Positions 25,508 to 40,135 of a stretch of DNA of 64,000 nt are shown here, in pieces; within the stretch, counting starts at the first letter, position 1, and every line of letters begins with the position of its first letter. The position numbers were made by a program, and so were the translations under genes. This DNA comes from Azolla caroliniana (taxonomy: Eukaryota; Plantae; Polypodiophyta). Location: assembly GCA_043228905.1 (NCBI GenBank), contig JBHGNT010000021.1:1240001-1304000 (forward strand), read 5' to 3'. Under the pieces are notes generated by a model that saw nothing but the letters and a program-made list of their open reading frames with translations, made no database searches and was not told the origin of the DNA.

Positions 25508-28500
25508 ATGGCAACTCTTTGTTCTCCTTCTTCTCTCACTTACTCTGTGGTATCCATGGCTTCTACAAACAATTCTAGAACAGGACAACACCACCACTAC
25601 CATCCTCATCATCATGCTGTTTCTTCCAGACTCCTGGTATACTAAACACATTTCTCATATTTTCTCTTTTCTTTACCCACAAGGTAATGTTTCTTAGCAC
25701 GAAAACTTGTGTATGCATTCATGAAGTTTTGAGTATGTGACCCTCTAAATTGGTTCTAGTTACTCAGAATACAATATCATGCAATATATGTATGTAGTTA
25801 TTGAAACCTTGATCATTTATTTGAGTCTTGTTTTATTTATTTCCATCCCTTTGAAAAACTTTAGGCTTTAGTTGACGCTCAAAATTAACCCGTAATTGGG
25901 TTTTTTAGGCTTCATGCTTACTGAAATCCTTAAAAGGTTGGGTTGATTTTGGTAGCATTATTCATAATACCTGTTATCACCATTATATTCATAACTGTGT
26001 TACTGTTAGGAGTTAATTTTTTGCTCATCTGCTGCTGGATGGCCATTGACATTAGCTATTCGGTCGGACCTTGGCCATTCATAGTCTGGATGACTACATA
26101 TGGTCTGGAGTCCATAGATTTAGAGTTTTACTGGTATGCAAAGAGTTTTCCATAGTTTGCCTCCTCTTGATTACATAAAAAAGAACATGCATGTTTAATC
26201 GTGTTAGCCACCTTCATAAACTAGGAACTTCTCACTTTCCAATGAGGAATGCCCTCTTCATAAAAAATTGATGCATATCAATTTTTGCTTCCCTTCATAG
26301 CTCCATGTTTCATGAACGTGCCAACCGTATTGTCTTGGCTTTTTGCTTTTTGCCTAACACGTTGCCTACACTATCACTGGCATGTATTGTGTCCATTAAT
26401 TGATCGAGGCTTTTCGATACAATTTCATCAACATCATTAACCATGGATCAAATCCCTTGACTAAGCATATTTTAGCAAAGTGAATACATTATTCTCTATG
26501 AGTATCCTAAACAGTAGTTGAGGCATTTTGCACAAGACTTCACACCATGCATGAAAGGAAATCTCAAAATGTGCACTCCAATCCATGAAGATTCTATTTT
26601 CCATTGGCGCTGGCCAAAATTGCGTTTATAAATGAATTTTCATTTCCCAAGGCCTTTTCTCACCTCAAAATCTTGGAAATTTAAGGAACTTGCTACAAGT
26701 TATGTTTGCAATACATACGTAAAGATATGGATCATAGAGATCCGGCATGTGTGAAACAAGTTTGTAGAAAGAAAGAAACACTAGAATATTTCCAGAGGCC
26801 AAAATAGACTAGAGACTGAAAGAGAGTACATCATCATGTTTCATCTTGTCAAACAGCACCTAAAGAGACCATACTCACACCTAAGTAATGAAACACAATC
26901 ACATCATATAATGCCTCATCCACTCATATCAGAAGTTTGAGATGAGTTGGGTCTGAATACCAAAATCCAACAAAGAGCTCAGGAAGCTTTATTATTCAGG
27001 TGGCTTAATAGCCGAATGTGATGAAGAGTGCATAAAATGGGGCCATTGCTAATGGCCACACCTCATGTCTGTGCTATGGTTTTCTTCTATTCAGCACAAT
27101 GCTCATCTCTTGGGCCGGATAGGGGTCACTCTCTAACTTGTAGTGTGTCTCATTCGGATTCTGAGCTTTTACAAATCATACAATGTACACTCAATGCATA
27201 TACGATAGTGCTCTAAGAAGGGGGGTGCAGTCTCTAACTATTGTATCATTCAGAATCTGAGCTTTTGCCATTCATACCATATACATTCAATGGATGGACA
27301 ATAGTGCTCTGCGAAGACTGGGCACCGATATGTGGTCTTGAGTTCTTTCCCTTATGTTCTCGATCTTCATGTTTTCTCTGCCTATTCATGTGTCTCCAAC
27401 TCTAAAATTGATCCTTACAACACACATAATCTTAATGTGGAGTCAATAATAAGCATATAGGTAGGCCCATTACCTGTGGTTGGTTGCGCTGATCTTGGTT
27501 TTATAGGCATTAAATATATAAATGGCTAGTTGCCCTCCTGTATATTCTAGTATTCCACTCACTTTCTTCTACATTTTAGAGCATCTCCTTCTCTGTTGAC
27601 TTTACAGCAGCTGCGTATTGTGATTATGACCATATAGTAATATCCTGGTATAACTTTACCATAACCATTTTCTACAGCACATATGGATTACGATTATTAG
27701 TATACAATATCCTCGTATAACTTAACAATAGCCCTTTTCTATGTATAACTCTTTTTCAGGATTGGAACGCTGCATACCTTGTCTCAATTCAAAGAAAAGC
27801 TGATTCCAAGTGTCATTTTGGTCTCGGAAAGGGTAAGCTCAACAATCTGAAGAGCTTTACTGCCATAAGCTATATGTATATGTATATATATCTACATTCT
27901 GGTACATCATATCGGTAGCTTACAAACAGGCTGGCTTTCTCGATCTCCATATGGATCATGGAAGCTATCTCTATCACCGGCGATTGCAACAAAGGCCAGG
28001 GTCTCAGGTCAGAGTTTTTTTGTATTGTTTTTATAACTATTATCAGCATCTATTTTGTGCTTAGTCTTTGTCTTGTTTTGGTATGCGTAGAAAGAGAAGA
28101 TAACATAACTTCAGATGATGCTGGAAATGCAAATGACATGTCGAGCAAAAGTGAGGATGGGAGTCCACTCTCTTCAGGTGAGGATTTGCTTTGTAAATTA
28201 GATTCTGTTGTAGTTGAAGTTACTGAAGCTAACAGCCCACAATTGTTGATATTACAGGACCGGCCATTTTCTCACTTGGTAAATCAGAAATTTCTGTTAT
28301 GAGTGAAGACTCACCTGCATCAACAGCTGTTAAAACTGTTCTATTCTGGGTGAGCACACTTTGGTGTTATTATATACTTGGGTATCTAAAGTTTTTATGT
28401 GAAAGACGTCAGAAAACGTCATGTTCACATGATTGTTTTTTTTGGGTGTGGTGTTCAATGTTTCATGCAAAAGTTGTTGGCAGTCTTTCTTTATTGGTGT

Positions 28501-31500
28501 ATGAAGCTACCTGGACTTGAAACTAAGTTCAGTAGATGCATCCTAATCAATGTGCATTACCTGCAGGTCTGTGCTGCAATATCTTTTGGTATCTTCATTT
28601 TACTGAAGGATGGGACTGGTAAAGCTTCCGAATTTTTTGCCGGGTAGAATTGCACTTGTACCTTAATATAAAATTGCATTTTTTTCCTGTCTATCCAACG
28701 TTCTTGTCATTATGCATGCAAAGATAACTGGGTTTTATTTTTTCAAATTTAATGAATTTCACACTGATTTATTTGCAAAAGAAACTGCAGGCATAACTTG
28801 CCAGAAATGGTGGTGCCAATTAGACTTTTAAAATGATGTTCTTTCCTTTCGTCTCTTTTTTTGTTGATTTTCTCTATTTAACACTAAATCCACAGGCCAA
28901 ATTGTTCTTGTCATATAGAGATATATGTCTTGAAGGTTCTGATTTTTCACTGTGCTGTGTGTCATTTCCAGCTATCTGCTGGAGCAAAGCCTTTCAGTTG
29001 ATAACCTTTTCGTATTTGTTGTCATTTTCAAATATTTCCGCGTGCCTTTACAGTATCAGGTTATTTTGCCCCCACTTCTCAAAATATTAAATTCATATAT
29101 GTGGCTTAAGTAATGAATCAAAAAACTTGATGAAATTGTAGAATAAGAAGTAATTGCCTTAACTTTTAAATATTCACGCGATAAAATATTGAGATCTTTA
29201 AAACAGACCCTGAAATAGACTCCATTGCATTATTCTGTACTTACAAAGCTAATATGCTTTGTACTTCCCTCAGAATTAGACTGCAGAACAATTCTGGAGG
29301 ATTTGTTTCTTACAGATAATGTAGAGCCCTATTTCCGTCAATAAAAAAAAATTAAAACTTATAATGTTATCCTAAAAGACATTTTAACATGTTATGATTG
29401 CATTTTCTGAAAAATTGATCACAAGTTATATGCAATAAAAAATGCAGAATCCAGATATGGTTGTGAGGAAGTGTTCATATGTGTGTATGTGTTACTATAC
29501 TTAACCATCCCAAATCACGCCCACCCATCATAACCATTGAGTCACCATTGTTGCATCCTCAATAGGGCTAAAGAAGATTTTATGCTTGTTTGGTTTTGAT
29601 CCAGAAGTTATTTTTGCATGTCATAATATAAGTGCATATGTATTTAAATCAGACATTTTCTATTATTTCACAGACACGTATTTTGACTTATGGTATCTCT
29701 GGAGCAGTTATTTTCAGAGCAACAATGATACTTTTAGGGGTTGCAACTATACAGGTAAGATCTATTTGATGAAATTTTCCTTGGTTGAAGTTTTATACAG
29801 CTTTCTAACAAGTCGTTTTCTCTCTTTTTTGGCCAGAGCTTTGAGGCTGCAAACCTGTTCTTTGCTGGCATTCTGATATTCGCTTCTTACAAGGTCTTAC
29901 AATATTTGTTTCTACAAATTTGTACTATCTTCACTGTTCAGTAAAATCTATATGACATTCACTATCGACTTATCTGTGTGTTGAAATATTGACATTTTCT
30001 TTATTTTCTCTGATTTCGAGAAGTTCTCTCCCTTTGTTACTAGAATTCCGTTCTTCTTTGAAGTCATGGAGACAGAAATGCTAGTATCTCTATTGCAAAA
30101 TTCATCATTCAAATCTACAGACATACTATGCCTCTGTGTGGTAATCTATGTGATCTCTTTGCAGATTCTATAGTAAATAACCACAAATTGTTGTGTCCCA
30201 TCTGATAAGCTATGCATATCATAAATTGTCCATCCACTTATAGAGAGCCATTCTCTGACTGCCTGAAGTGACTTTAGATATTACTTTTTATTATGAGCTC
30301 ACAAAGGTGATGATACAGAATTTTTAGCGTCCAATAGAAGTCAGTCTCTCTCTCAAACTAAAGCAAAAAGAAGGAATACATGCGCTTAGTTTGCACGTAT
30401 ATAATTTTACTCCCAAGACATCCACATGTTTCTGAACTTAGACACGTTGACCATGGGAAAAGAGAAATTTCTGAATTTCTTCTTTTATTATAAAAAAAAA
30501 CTTCAGTACTTCTCAATTGCATGACCTAGTTATTCGTTTACCTAAAGGATGTTATTCGGCCTATTTTGTATAGCTTCTTACAGACACTGAGGATGATGGG
30601 GATGATGATCTCTCGAACAACTTTATTGTCAATACATGTCGGAAATTCATACCTGTTACAGGTAATGTTAAAATAATATTGAAATCTTTCTACTCCGCAA
30701 ATTGTTACAGACCTAGAGGTTCATTTTATACCATGTTCATGCAAAATATTAACATAGTATAAATAATAAATAAACTTCGGTTTCTAACTTTTGAACAGCT
30801 CACTATGATGAAGATAAGTTCTTCAGCAGGATGGAAGGTCCATTGAAGGTACAGCACAGACTCAAATTTCTAGACACTGATATACTCACAAGATTTTAAT
30901 TGGTTATATATTTATCTAAATTTTTTTCAGGCCACACCTTTGTTCCTTACTTTAGCGATTATTGAACTGAGTGACATTGTATTCGCTGTGAGTATTGGAA
31001 CTTCTTATGTAAAATACTCATTTTTACTTCGTTTAACATGAATGAATTTTCATTGAATTTCTTACTTACAGATTGACTCTATTCCTGCTGTCTTTGGTGT
31101 TACTCGGGATCCCTTCATTGTTTTTTCTTCGAATATTTTTGCTATTTTAGGTAAATTCTATTTAGTTTCTGTTTCTTACATCATTACTTGCTTGAAATTA
31201 CTCATTGATCATATAAATATGTTGTATCTTATACAGGATTAAGGTCTCTTTATATATTGATTTCTAGCAGCATGAATGAGCTAGATTATCTTCAGGTAAC
31301 AATGATTTTATTTTAATTCAGCTGCTGCAAATTTGGCATAATATGCTCATTGGAAAATTCATAACCATGGCAAGTATTATGCCAACCAAATTATGAATTC
31401 CTATTAGCTTTCATGCCAAGTATTTCCAATGGCAAGTATTATGCTGCAAATTCTAAGACATGCCAACCAAATTTTTTATTTTTGTTTCAGCCAGCGATTG

Positions 31501-31752
31501 CATCAGTACTAGGTTTCATTGGCATTAAGATGATAGCTGATTTTCTGGGTAAGGGAAAGGATAATAAATACATGTTTAGGTTCCGAATATGATTGGTTTT
31601 TTTGGGTCTTTTTTCACTAACATTTTAGGACCTTTGTTTTTCTTTATATAGGTTTCCATATTTCAACTGAAATATCTTTAGGAGTTGTGGCATCAGTTCT
31701 TGGGCTTGGTGTTGGGTTGAGTGTCTTGAAGAACAAGAACAATGATGAGTAA
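25508..31752 (+). CDS. terC: Thylakoid membrane protein TerC (PDE149-like), multi-exon
   Basis: ATG 25508 (MATLCSPSSLTYSVVSMAS transit peptide). Exons encode KASEFFAG, YLLEQSLSVDNLFVFVVIFKYF, RILTYGISGAVIFRA, DLSNNFIVNTCRKFIPVT, ATPLFLTLAIIELSDIVFA, IDSIPAVFGVTRDPFIVFSSNIFAIL, GLRSLY, IASVLGFIGIKM and GFHISTEISLGVV. TAA at 31750-31752. Confidence 0.93.
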
Positions 31753-33299
31753 AAAATTAAAAAATGAACCTGTGGCAATCAGCAAATGAGGTTCATATTA
31801 TGTGTGGGAGAACAAGTACAAACATTGGCAATTTGCTACATCGAGGTAGATGATCAACAAATACCACTCTCCAAGGCAAATATGAAAATTTTCATGGTGA
31901 TCTCATGTGATCAAAGATGAAATAATATGAATTATATAGCTAGTCTCCACCACAACACTGTATGATCTTGCTTTGTTTCATTTGTTTTGGTGGACAATGA
32001 CCTTGTAGGAAAATCTCGAAAGAGATTATGTTTCCTCTTGATCTCTATCAGTCTTCTTTTGTTGGAAGATATCCTTGTGCTTTAATTGTATATTCCTTGT
32101 TTATCTCTTACTATATTAATATGTATTATATACATATTAATATTCATGGTCTTCAACTTGTAGACTAACATTTCTAAGTGATAAAGACGTTGAGAAATGA
32201 AAGATCAGCTGCAATGTTCATTGCATTTTGGAAGTTCCTTTTTTTCATAATCAGTTTCAAAAAACTGTTTGCCAAAAGTATGCTTGTCACTTCTCAAAGG
32301 ATATGTACCACCTAGTGCAGGTTCTTATCACGACCTCAACAAGGCTTGTCATCACCATCATCATGTTCATCACTATAGGGGATGATTCTTGATTAAAGGA
32401 AATTTCTAGGGCAGATCTTCTCACAAACGTGCTTTAGTGGTTGACTGTAAAATATATTGGTAACTGTAGTTTTTCTAAGCTTTGAAGATTAAAACACAAA
32501 ATCAAATATAGTGAATCAATTTATAATATGGGACAAACATTAATTAGAGGAAATATTTTGCCATTTTTATGGCTACTTTTGGAGGGTTGGATTAAAGACT
32601 TAACCTCATGGATATGAATGATATCACACTTTGCAATAGGTGGAATTTAAATTCTTAACCTTAAAAAGTGGGGTTAATTAGAAAAGATTTATTTAGAGGT
32701 TACAACACAAGAAATCTTTGGAATGCATGTTTCTCATACATACATATTTTATAGAATAAGAATAGATGAAAAGCATCACATTGTTGATGTCATAATGAGA
32801 TTTATCTTGTATGAAAAGTTAAAACCATAATCTAGATAGCGTTGCAATTAAAAGTTAAAACAGTTAAGCTATACATAGGTCATTGGGCTACCATTGAATG
32901 AATGATAATAATTGCAAATGCAAGTGAAAAATCTAGCATCAACACAACCAACTCTTACTAAGTTCAAGGTGTATAAATGTTCTATAAGCTAACAATAACC
33001 TCACCAACTTCTCCCTACCCTCCTAGTGACAAATACCAAGATGTAACTCTTTGTTAGTCTTATGTGCCATTTTTAACTCTTAAAATATGCTAATATATAT
33101 CTTTCTTCTTTTTTGACAGTTGTTGACAAAGTTTCGACAACACTACATTGTATCCATGTTTCTGTCTTCTCATGGCAACAAATTAAACAAGAAAGAAACA
33201 AATGTTTAGTGACCTTCTCTTCTATTATCTAACCATGTGATGTTATGTCCAACACGCAAGCTAGCATAAATTTCAACTAGCATTACTAGCATTGCAATT

Positions 33300-34150
33300 G
33301 GAGTTGAGGGAGGTAGGGTTTCATATGCAATATAACCTTGAGAAGTTTAACACAATCATAATATAACTTTTTAAGAATATCATCACTACTTTTGAAGCAC
33401 CAATGGGCAAAATATTTTTCAATCTTATTATATTTGTATATATGGCACAATATAACATATATGCCATCAATTTTTTCTAACCCTTCAATGTTATTATTAT
33501 TATATTTGAGATATAAATTGGAAATGCCATTAGAAATTGAAGGTTTATTACAAAAAATATTGTGGAACAAGATCATATTGCACTCACACCAGTATTGGAC
33601 TTGGGTGTTTGTTGAAAATAATGTGTCTTACCATCAATACCCATGGGGCCTTCAACTACTCAAAACAACTTTGAAATGTTCATCATTAAATGTTGATGTT
33701 ATGGCATTTGCTCGTGACTTTTCTTTTTTCAGTGTATGTGGATCCTAACCATCAAAGTTTTTTGATAAAGTAATCCTTAGACTTATGTATAGTGAGTTGT
33801 CGCAATTTTACTTGTTTCCTCAATACCATGCATGAAAGCATTCATCAATTTGTTCTAGAGTTCATAAACTGAAGACAACACATTTCAACACAATTTCCAT
33901 TTTCTTGACACTATGCATGACAAGCATCATGGTGAGCCTTCTGCAAAACATAGTGCCATTGACACAAATACAAGGTAACTTGGCCCAAGAGAAGACAAGA
34001 CTTGAATACATTGTAAGAATTGCATTGCATGTCACAAACTAGAGTCAAAGAAGTTTCACCTTGTATGAACATAAAAGATTGGGTATTAGCATGATTCGGG
34101 GTTGAGTTCCCATTGTACTTGGAACAGAGCAATTAAGCTAATTGTTAAGG
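33300..34150 (-). mobile_element. Possible highly degraded Mutator/SWIM transposase relic
   Basis: Broken minus-strand frames give LYLCQWHYV (MULE C..H motif) and YWCECNM..NIFCNK (SWIM-like). Many stops. Confidence 0.3.
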
Positions 34151-34757
34151 TTAAACCTATCATAAATTCTGAGGTTTAAACGCCATGTAAGAAACTAGAC
34201 ATAACAACCTCATTCTTCTTTCCAAATCAAATATTGGAAACATCTACTTTGGTGAGACATAGTTTACTCTTATTATTCACATCCTTGAGATAGTTTTTAT
34301 ATTTACGCCCATTTCATTATAGTAACAACAAAAGATTGACATGCCCTAATAAATACCCTTGGGTTTCTACAGCAATTTCTATGACTGAGAACCATTTTTG
34401 ACACTACATAGAACATGTGCATGTCATTTATGTATATGTGACATGACCTTTCACATTCTCAGTAACATATAAAAAACATACATTTTTCCCCAACTAGTCA
34501 CTGTGTGAGGCAAATTTCCCCAAGACACAGAAAGGTTACATATTGGTCGTTTTGATGAAGAGGAGCTTCTCAAAGAGCTAAATGATTTTACAACACTTTG
34601 GAAAACAAAGAAAACAATAACCCAAACCCCATGCTGGCACCTACTTAGGAGCCTGGCCTTCATCGTGAAGGTTTTGAACTCTCAAGAGCTTTTTGCTTGA
34701 CAAAAATAACCGAAAAATAGAATGATTAACTCCTTAATCTCTATGTTTCCATCCCAC

Positions 34758-37307
34758 CTACAGTCTTTCTTCAGAAGCTTCCTTTCTCTTTTCCGCACGT
34801 CGTTGCTTTTTCAAAATGTTCCTTGCAATCGATGCCGGAGGAGGAATCACCTTAAATGTTGAGCTCCGGATTACATCGTCGTCGACATTGAATTTCTTTT
34901 GGAGATCCACAACAGCTTTCGGCTTGGCACAAAAATTAAATAAAAGAAAGACACCATCCAAATATCGATTTGTAATTCCTCCCATGTCTTTTCTCTTGAT
35001 ATTATATGCCAATGGCATCATTCCACGATTAAAAACCTCCAATCCCATACCGCCACCAGCAATAATAGCCTGGTTTGCACATAATAATAACATATTTAAT
35101 ATGTGAATGGTGAGCATATGATGAATAATACTTGGCCACATCCATGAAATTAATTGAGTTTTAAGGCATTGTCATACAGTACACAAAATGGCATGTGTGT
35201 GTGACAATGATCAGAGGAGCTCAAACAAAAATGAAATGAGGAAAGAGAACATAAAAATCAGACATTTGGGCATCAGTCATGTGTGTGACAATGAAATTTT
35301 AATTTCTTCATCATGCTACTCAAACATGAAAACCATTAACATTACAACCAGGAAATCAAAAGTCATCTTGAACAAATAAAATTAAAATTCATGCAAGGGA
35401 TTAGGGTGAGAGTTTCCAACACGTATTTTACAAACCAGAGTACGTTGTTCACACATAGCAGCAAGGGAATAAGCTCACATAAGAAGAGGTTCAAGTATAC
35501 ATTCAACACACTTGACTCTACATTGCATGAATCCATTGTCATCAAACACGTGAAAATCTCAAATACAAGAAGGTTGAAGAGAAAGGCATTATACAACCTT
35601 CCCAAATCCATAAGGGGGTATCACATGGGTCACACTATGGATAAATGTTTCACTCTTTTCCCCCAAGTCTGTAGAACTGTAATCGAATGCCATAGTTACA
35701 TACAAAATGCCCAGTTACATATAACTGGTGCCACATGGGGTTCGGCTATGGAGAATGATCTTCCTGTTCTCTTCTAGCTCCCATCCAAGTGGAAATCATG
35801 TTGTAAGGCCATTGCCAGACCTTATACTTGTAATCATTGAAAAATCTCCCGGTTTCATGATCAATAAGGCACTTAACACAAATTCCATGTTTCGTGATGA
35901 CCAAGAAGGCCCTTTCACAAAACGACAGGTTTAATGAATACAAACAGTTTCTACAAAGTGCCATAATAAGTAAGATAACTGGAAAAGTACATAAGATTCT
36001 CTTTCTAGTCACTGCGTATCATCGATAGAATGGTCCCTGTAGTAACGTAGAACCCATAAGACCCTATGGCTAAGAGGAAAATAAAACCATAAATACCGTA
36101 GGAAATATGGAAAACCCTTACAGACATAGCCATAATGGCATTCACAATACAAAGGCCACCAGTTTCATAAAATAATGCTTGTTAGAAATTTGCACTTTTC
36201 CCTTGATCTTATGAAATAAGAAGATTGCTCATATACCGTTATAGTGGCCAGAAGACCTTACTTTTCTAGCCTCCTTGGCTGTATTTATGCATAGAGTTTT
36301 AGTCCTAGCTGGGCTAGATTTAGGTAGCTATAGTGGTACTAACAGTACAGAAGGTCACAATTTTCTTTTACCCTCAAACAAATTTTTGCCTTTAGATAAG
36401 GCTATTTGAGCCAGATGGGGGAAAAGCTCATGTCCGATTCCGAGCGGGGGGCCTTTTTGAACTATCACAATCTAAATCTGCAGCCTGTAAACCTAGTCAT
36501 CTACGCAAACACCAACGAATACCAATATCCTTAACACTACACAAATAGTGACCTTGTTGTGTTATGCAGTACTGCCAGACATGATTCACTACCAAGTTTC
36601 CTAACAATGTGCAATTACCGGCGTAATAACATTATGCAACACAAAAGTGGAAGTGTAACATGTCCGTTTAGCAAGCCACATACCATGGAAACCATTGCGC
36701 AGAGCTTATCAAAGAATGTTTTTTTGTGCTTTGGTTTCATAATTAGGCCTAGTATAAATTTGGCTAAATGTTACCATTTCCATATTGAATTCATGCATAA
36801 GATCCATCAAAAAAGTCATATATACAACAATTGATACGTCAAGGAAGTCTCAAAAATCAAAATGAAGAGCATGAGTGAGAGAGAACCCACCTCTTCATAT
36901 CTTTGAGTGAGCTCAAGACGTTGTTGTTCCGTGATGTCAGGGCGAAGAACGACCATAGCTTCATAGCGGAAAAGTCCAGGAAGACATTCCACACTCGGCT
37001 TTGGCTCCAAAGAAGAAGACGAAGAAGGTGAGACAATGTCGGAAAGACTCCCAAATAGGCTCGAACCGAAGCTATTCTCATCCAAAGAAGAAGAAGAAGA
37101 ATCAGTGTTTCGTGTCGTCGTTGACAGAAGGTCTTGGATCGTCGTCGATGAAGATGACGAAGAAGAAGAAGAAGAAGAAGAAGAAAACGATGAAGCCGCG
37201 AACACAGAGAGAGATGGAAAGCTTCCGACCTGAATGTGGGAGATTGAGATATTGCGATGGAGAGAAGGAAGAAGGGAAGGTGGGGACAACAAGCTCAGAG
37301 ACGCCAT
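34758..37307 (-). CDS. PRPS6: Plastid 30S ribosomal protein S6 (bS6c), two exons
   Basis: Exon 1 37307-36891: poly-Ser transit peptide, then ECLPGLFRYEAMVVLRPDITEQQRLELTQRYEE|GT. Exon 2 35069-34758: AIIAGGGMGLEVFNRGMMPLAYNIKRK...YLDGVFLLF...DDDVIRSSTFK. Confidence 0.93.
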
Positions 37308-38354
37308 AGATTTCCCTCTCAAGGCTCTGTCAAATGCTCTGTTTCTTAAGAGCCTCTGCTCCCCCTTGTGCCTTCAATTTTCTTCAAGGATTTGAAGGGA
37401 TAAGGTTCTCTCTCTCTCTCTCTCTATGTATATATACGTATATATACATGTATATATATACATATATACAACATATATACATGTATATATGTATATATAT
37501 ACATGTATATATTCTCTCTCTCTAGACCCAGCATAACATCCAAGTTTAGCTTAGTTTAGTTAGTGTTATAGGAGAGGTATAGAGTAGATACGTGTCTATC
37601 CAATGGCTCCTCGCGATCAAGCGATAGGTGCCATCGTGCTGACCTCCTGATCCGACCTATATCACTCGTATGCTCGCACACAGTAAACAGTAATAGAGAC
37701 CTTGATTTATTTGTCTTGTATTGCCTGCAATATTGAACATCGGTGCAGGACATTTGCCTTGTATTGCCTCGACACACCGTACCACTCGAAGCAGAAGACT
37801 GTGTCCCTTTCGAATGCCTCCCATCATGAAGACATTGCACATGATTTTCAAGACTTCCTGCAAGGGTGTTCTTTGCTTTCGAGAACAAAAACAGCTTGCA
37901 TGCCCTTTGCTCGTCTACTTACCCATAGAACCAATTAGGAAACCCACCGAAGCTTATTAGAACAATAAATTTTGGTAACTAACTAGACTTTTTTCATCTA
38001 AGATTTTATAATTCTTGTTTTTCCTTTTTGAGAACCCCACCTAGACAACGTGGGAGTGACTTTGTAATGATTGTTGCATTGTGGGTCAAGATTGGGTCAA
38101 TTGAGTATCACCATCATCTCGTGTAAAGTGTAGAAAAATTCCCAATTTCTCTCTTCCAAAAAAATGATAATATTTGATCATTCTCTGACTCCCTTATTTA
38201 CTTCTTTTAGAAAATTATCGTGTCATCGGTTCTAGTACAAAGTGATACACATTGTGTATATCAATCGAATGCATTTGACAAGGGTTGGTCATAATATACA
38301 ATATGTGGGAGGGGGCATCATTATGTAATATCTCAAAAAGATGAATCAAATAAC

Positions 38355-38700
38355 ATGTGAGATTGACCCAAGGGCTAAGGGAAGCTTGCATTCTTTCCTC
38401 TAGAAAGACTCAAAAGAATGGGCTCTTCACAAATGAATGAGCTCATGTCGCACAATCCTCAAAGTTCTTACATGTGAGATTGCCCCAAGGGGGGAGGGAA
38501 ACTTGCATTCTTTCCTCTACGAAGAGACAGAAGAATGAACTCTTCACAAAATGAATGAGCTCGTGTCATACAATCTTCCAAATTCTTACATGTGAGATTG
38601 CCCCAAGGAGCGAGGGAAGCTTCCATTCTGTCCTCTACAAAGATGCAAAAGAATGGACTCTTCACAAAATGAATGAGCTCATGTCGTACAATCTTCACAG
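38355..38700. repeat. ~115-bp tandem repeat x3
   Basis: acatgtgagattg..ccaagg...ctcttcacaaaatgaatgagctc unit at ~38355, ~38470 and ~38588. Confidence 0.85.
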
Positions 38701-38856
38701 TTCTTGAGGTGGAATGGCGGTCATCACCAAGTATGTGTGAGTCGTGACTATTGACTCATTAGATACACCATAAGGTAGGCCAAATTTTATGTATCGAAAA
38801 ATAATGGCTTTGATGGTTATATGTTAGGATACAAATAGTCTAAAATGCCTTAAGAT

Positions 38857-40135
38857 CAGGGCCTGAATTTGACGGGTTAGTATAAAAGTTTTTTGGCAGG
38901 CATTTTTTAAAGATATATGTCATATGACACGTGTAGCCACTTTGAAGAGCCAATATGATGGCCTTAAGGGCGGCTCTGAGGGAGTTGAAAGACAACCTTC
39001 ATCCAACAATGGTCGTCCTCTCCCTTTCTTGAGTTAGTGGGCATCCACATAAGATGGAACCATCGTGTCCCTTCAGGGATTTGTACATAATCGTCTCATT
39101 TGTAAAATTTTATAACTAACGGAAGGAGTTTTTTTTGGAAAAAAAAAAGAGTGAAAAAACTAACATGTCATTTGACATACAAATTTTAATAATGATTGTT
39201 ATACATTTCATTACTATAGAAAGTGCACAAATAAACATAACTACCTCACAAAGATAATGAAATACATAAAATTAATCTCAGGTTAATTTTTTTACTAAGG
39301 GAAAAGTACCAAGATACCCCTGGAAGTTCGTCTATTTACTAGAATGCCCCTGGAAGTTCCATATTTACCAAACTACCCCTATTTCCAAAAAATTACACTT
39401 TATAGAGTAATTATACACTCAAATCTACAAGCCCTATTTACCAAAGATGGAAGAAATGGACCAGAACTAGCCCTATTTACCAAAGATTTGAGTGTATAAT
39501 TACTTTATAAAGGTTAATTTTTTGGACATAAGGGTAGTTTAGTAAATTTGGAACTTCCAAGGGCATTCTGGTAAATAGACGAACTTCCAGGGGTATCCTG
39601 GTACTTTCCCCTTTTACTAATAAGTATAAAAAAAAGGTTAGTAAAAATTTAATTTTAACTTAAAATTTTATATAAGTAAACAAATTTAGTTTTAACTTAA
39701 AACTTAAAACATTAAAATCAAACCTAGAGTTATACACTTCTTAAAGTATGTATTTAATAAAGGTTATTGTTTAAAATTTCAATCAAATTTCAGCTAATAT
39801 TATTACTAAAGAAATTATGAATAAATATTTGAGAATATATACCATTATTACATGATAATGATATTATTTTAAGCATGTTATAAAAAACATATAATTTTTT
39901 GGAATTTTTTTTATATAGTATTAATATATTATAATACACACTTCATATCTATAATAAATGACATATGTATATGTATATAATATATATGAGATGGAAAATA
40001 GAATTTTAACATGGCATTTGACATGCATAATTTGTAGGGGCCTTTCGCATGAAAAATGGATATTTAAACTTTATATCTCACTTGACAGGCAAAATGGCCT
40101 TCGACGGGCATGACACCCGTCAAATTCCTGCCCTA
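38857..40135. mobile_element. Non-autonomous TIR DNA transposon with hAT-like ends and a 9-bp TSD
   Basis: Left end CAGGGCCTGAATTTGACGGG versus right-end reverse complement TAGGGCAGGAATTTGACGGG (17/20). Flanked by CCTTAAGAT at 38848-38856 and 40136-40144. Confidence 0.8.
39299..39611. mobile_element. Mutator-like MITE (foldback, ~125-bp TIRs)
   Basis: GGGAAAAGTACCAAGATACCCCTGGAAGTTCG... and ...CGAACTTCCAGGGGTATCCTGGTACTTTCCCC. Perfect 9-bp TSD TTTTACTAA at 39290-39298 and 39612-39620. Confidence 0.9.

Noticed and set aside
25154-25697. ORFs with LSLSLS/ERERER runs (also 60078-60970)
   Set aside because: Products of GA/CT microsatellites in UTRs.
38355-38700. Regularly spaced repeats as a CRISPR-like array (also 55441-55630)
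   Set aside because: Whole units are repeated with no unique spacers, there are no cas genes, and the context is eukaryotic.
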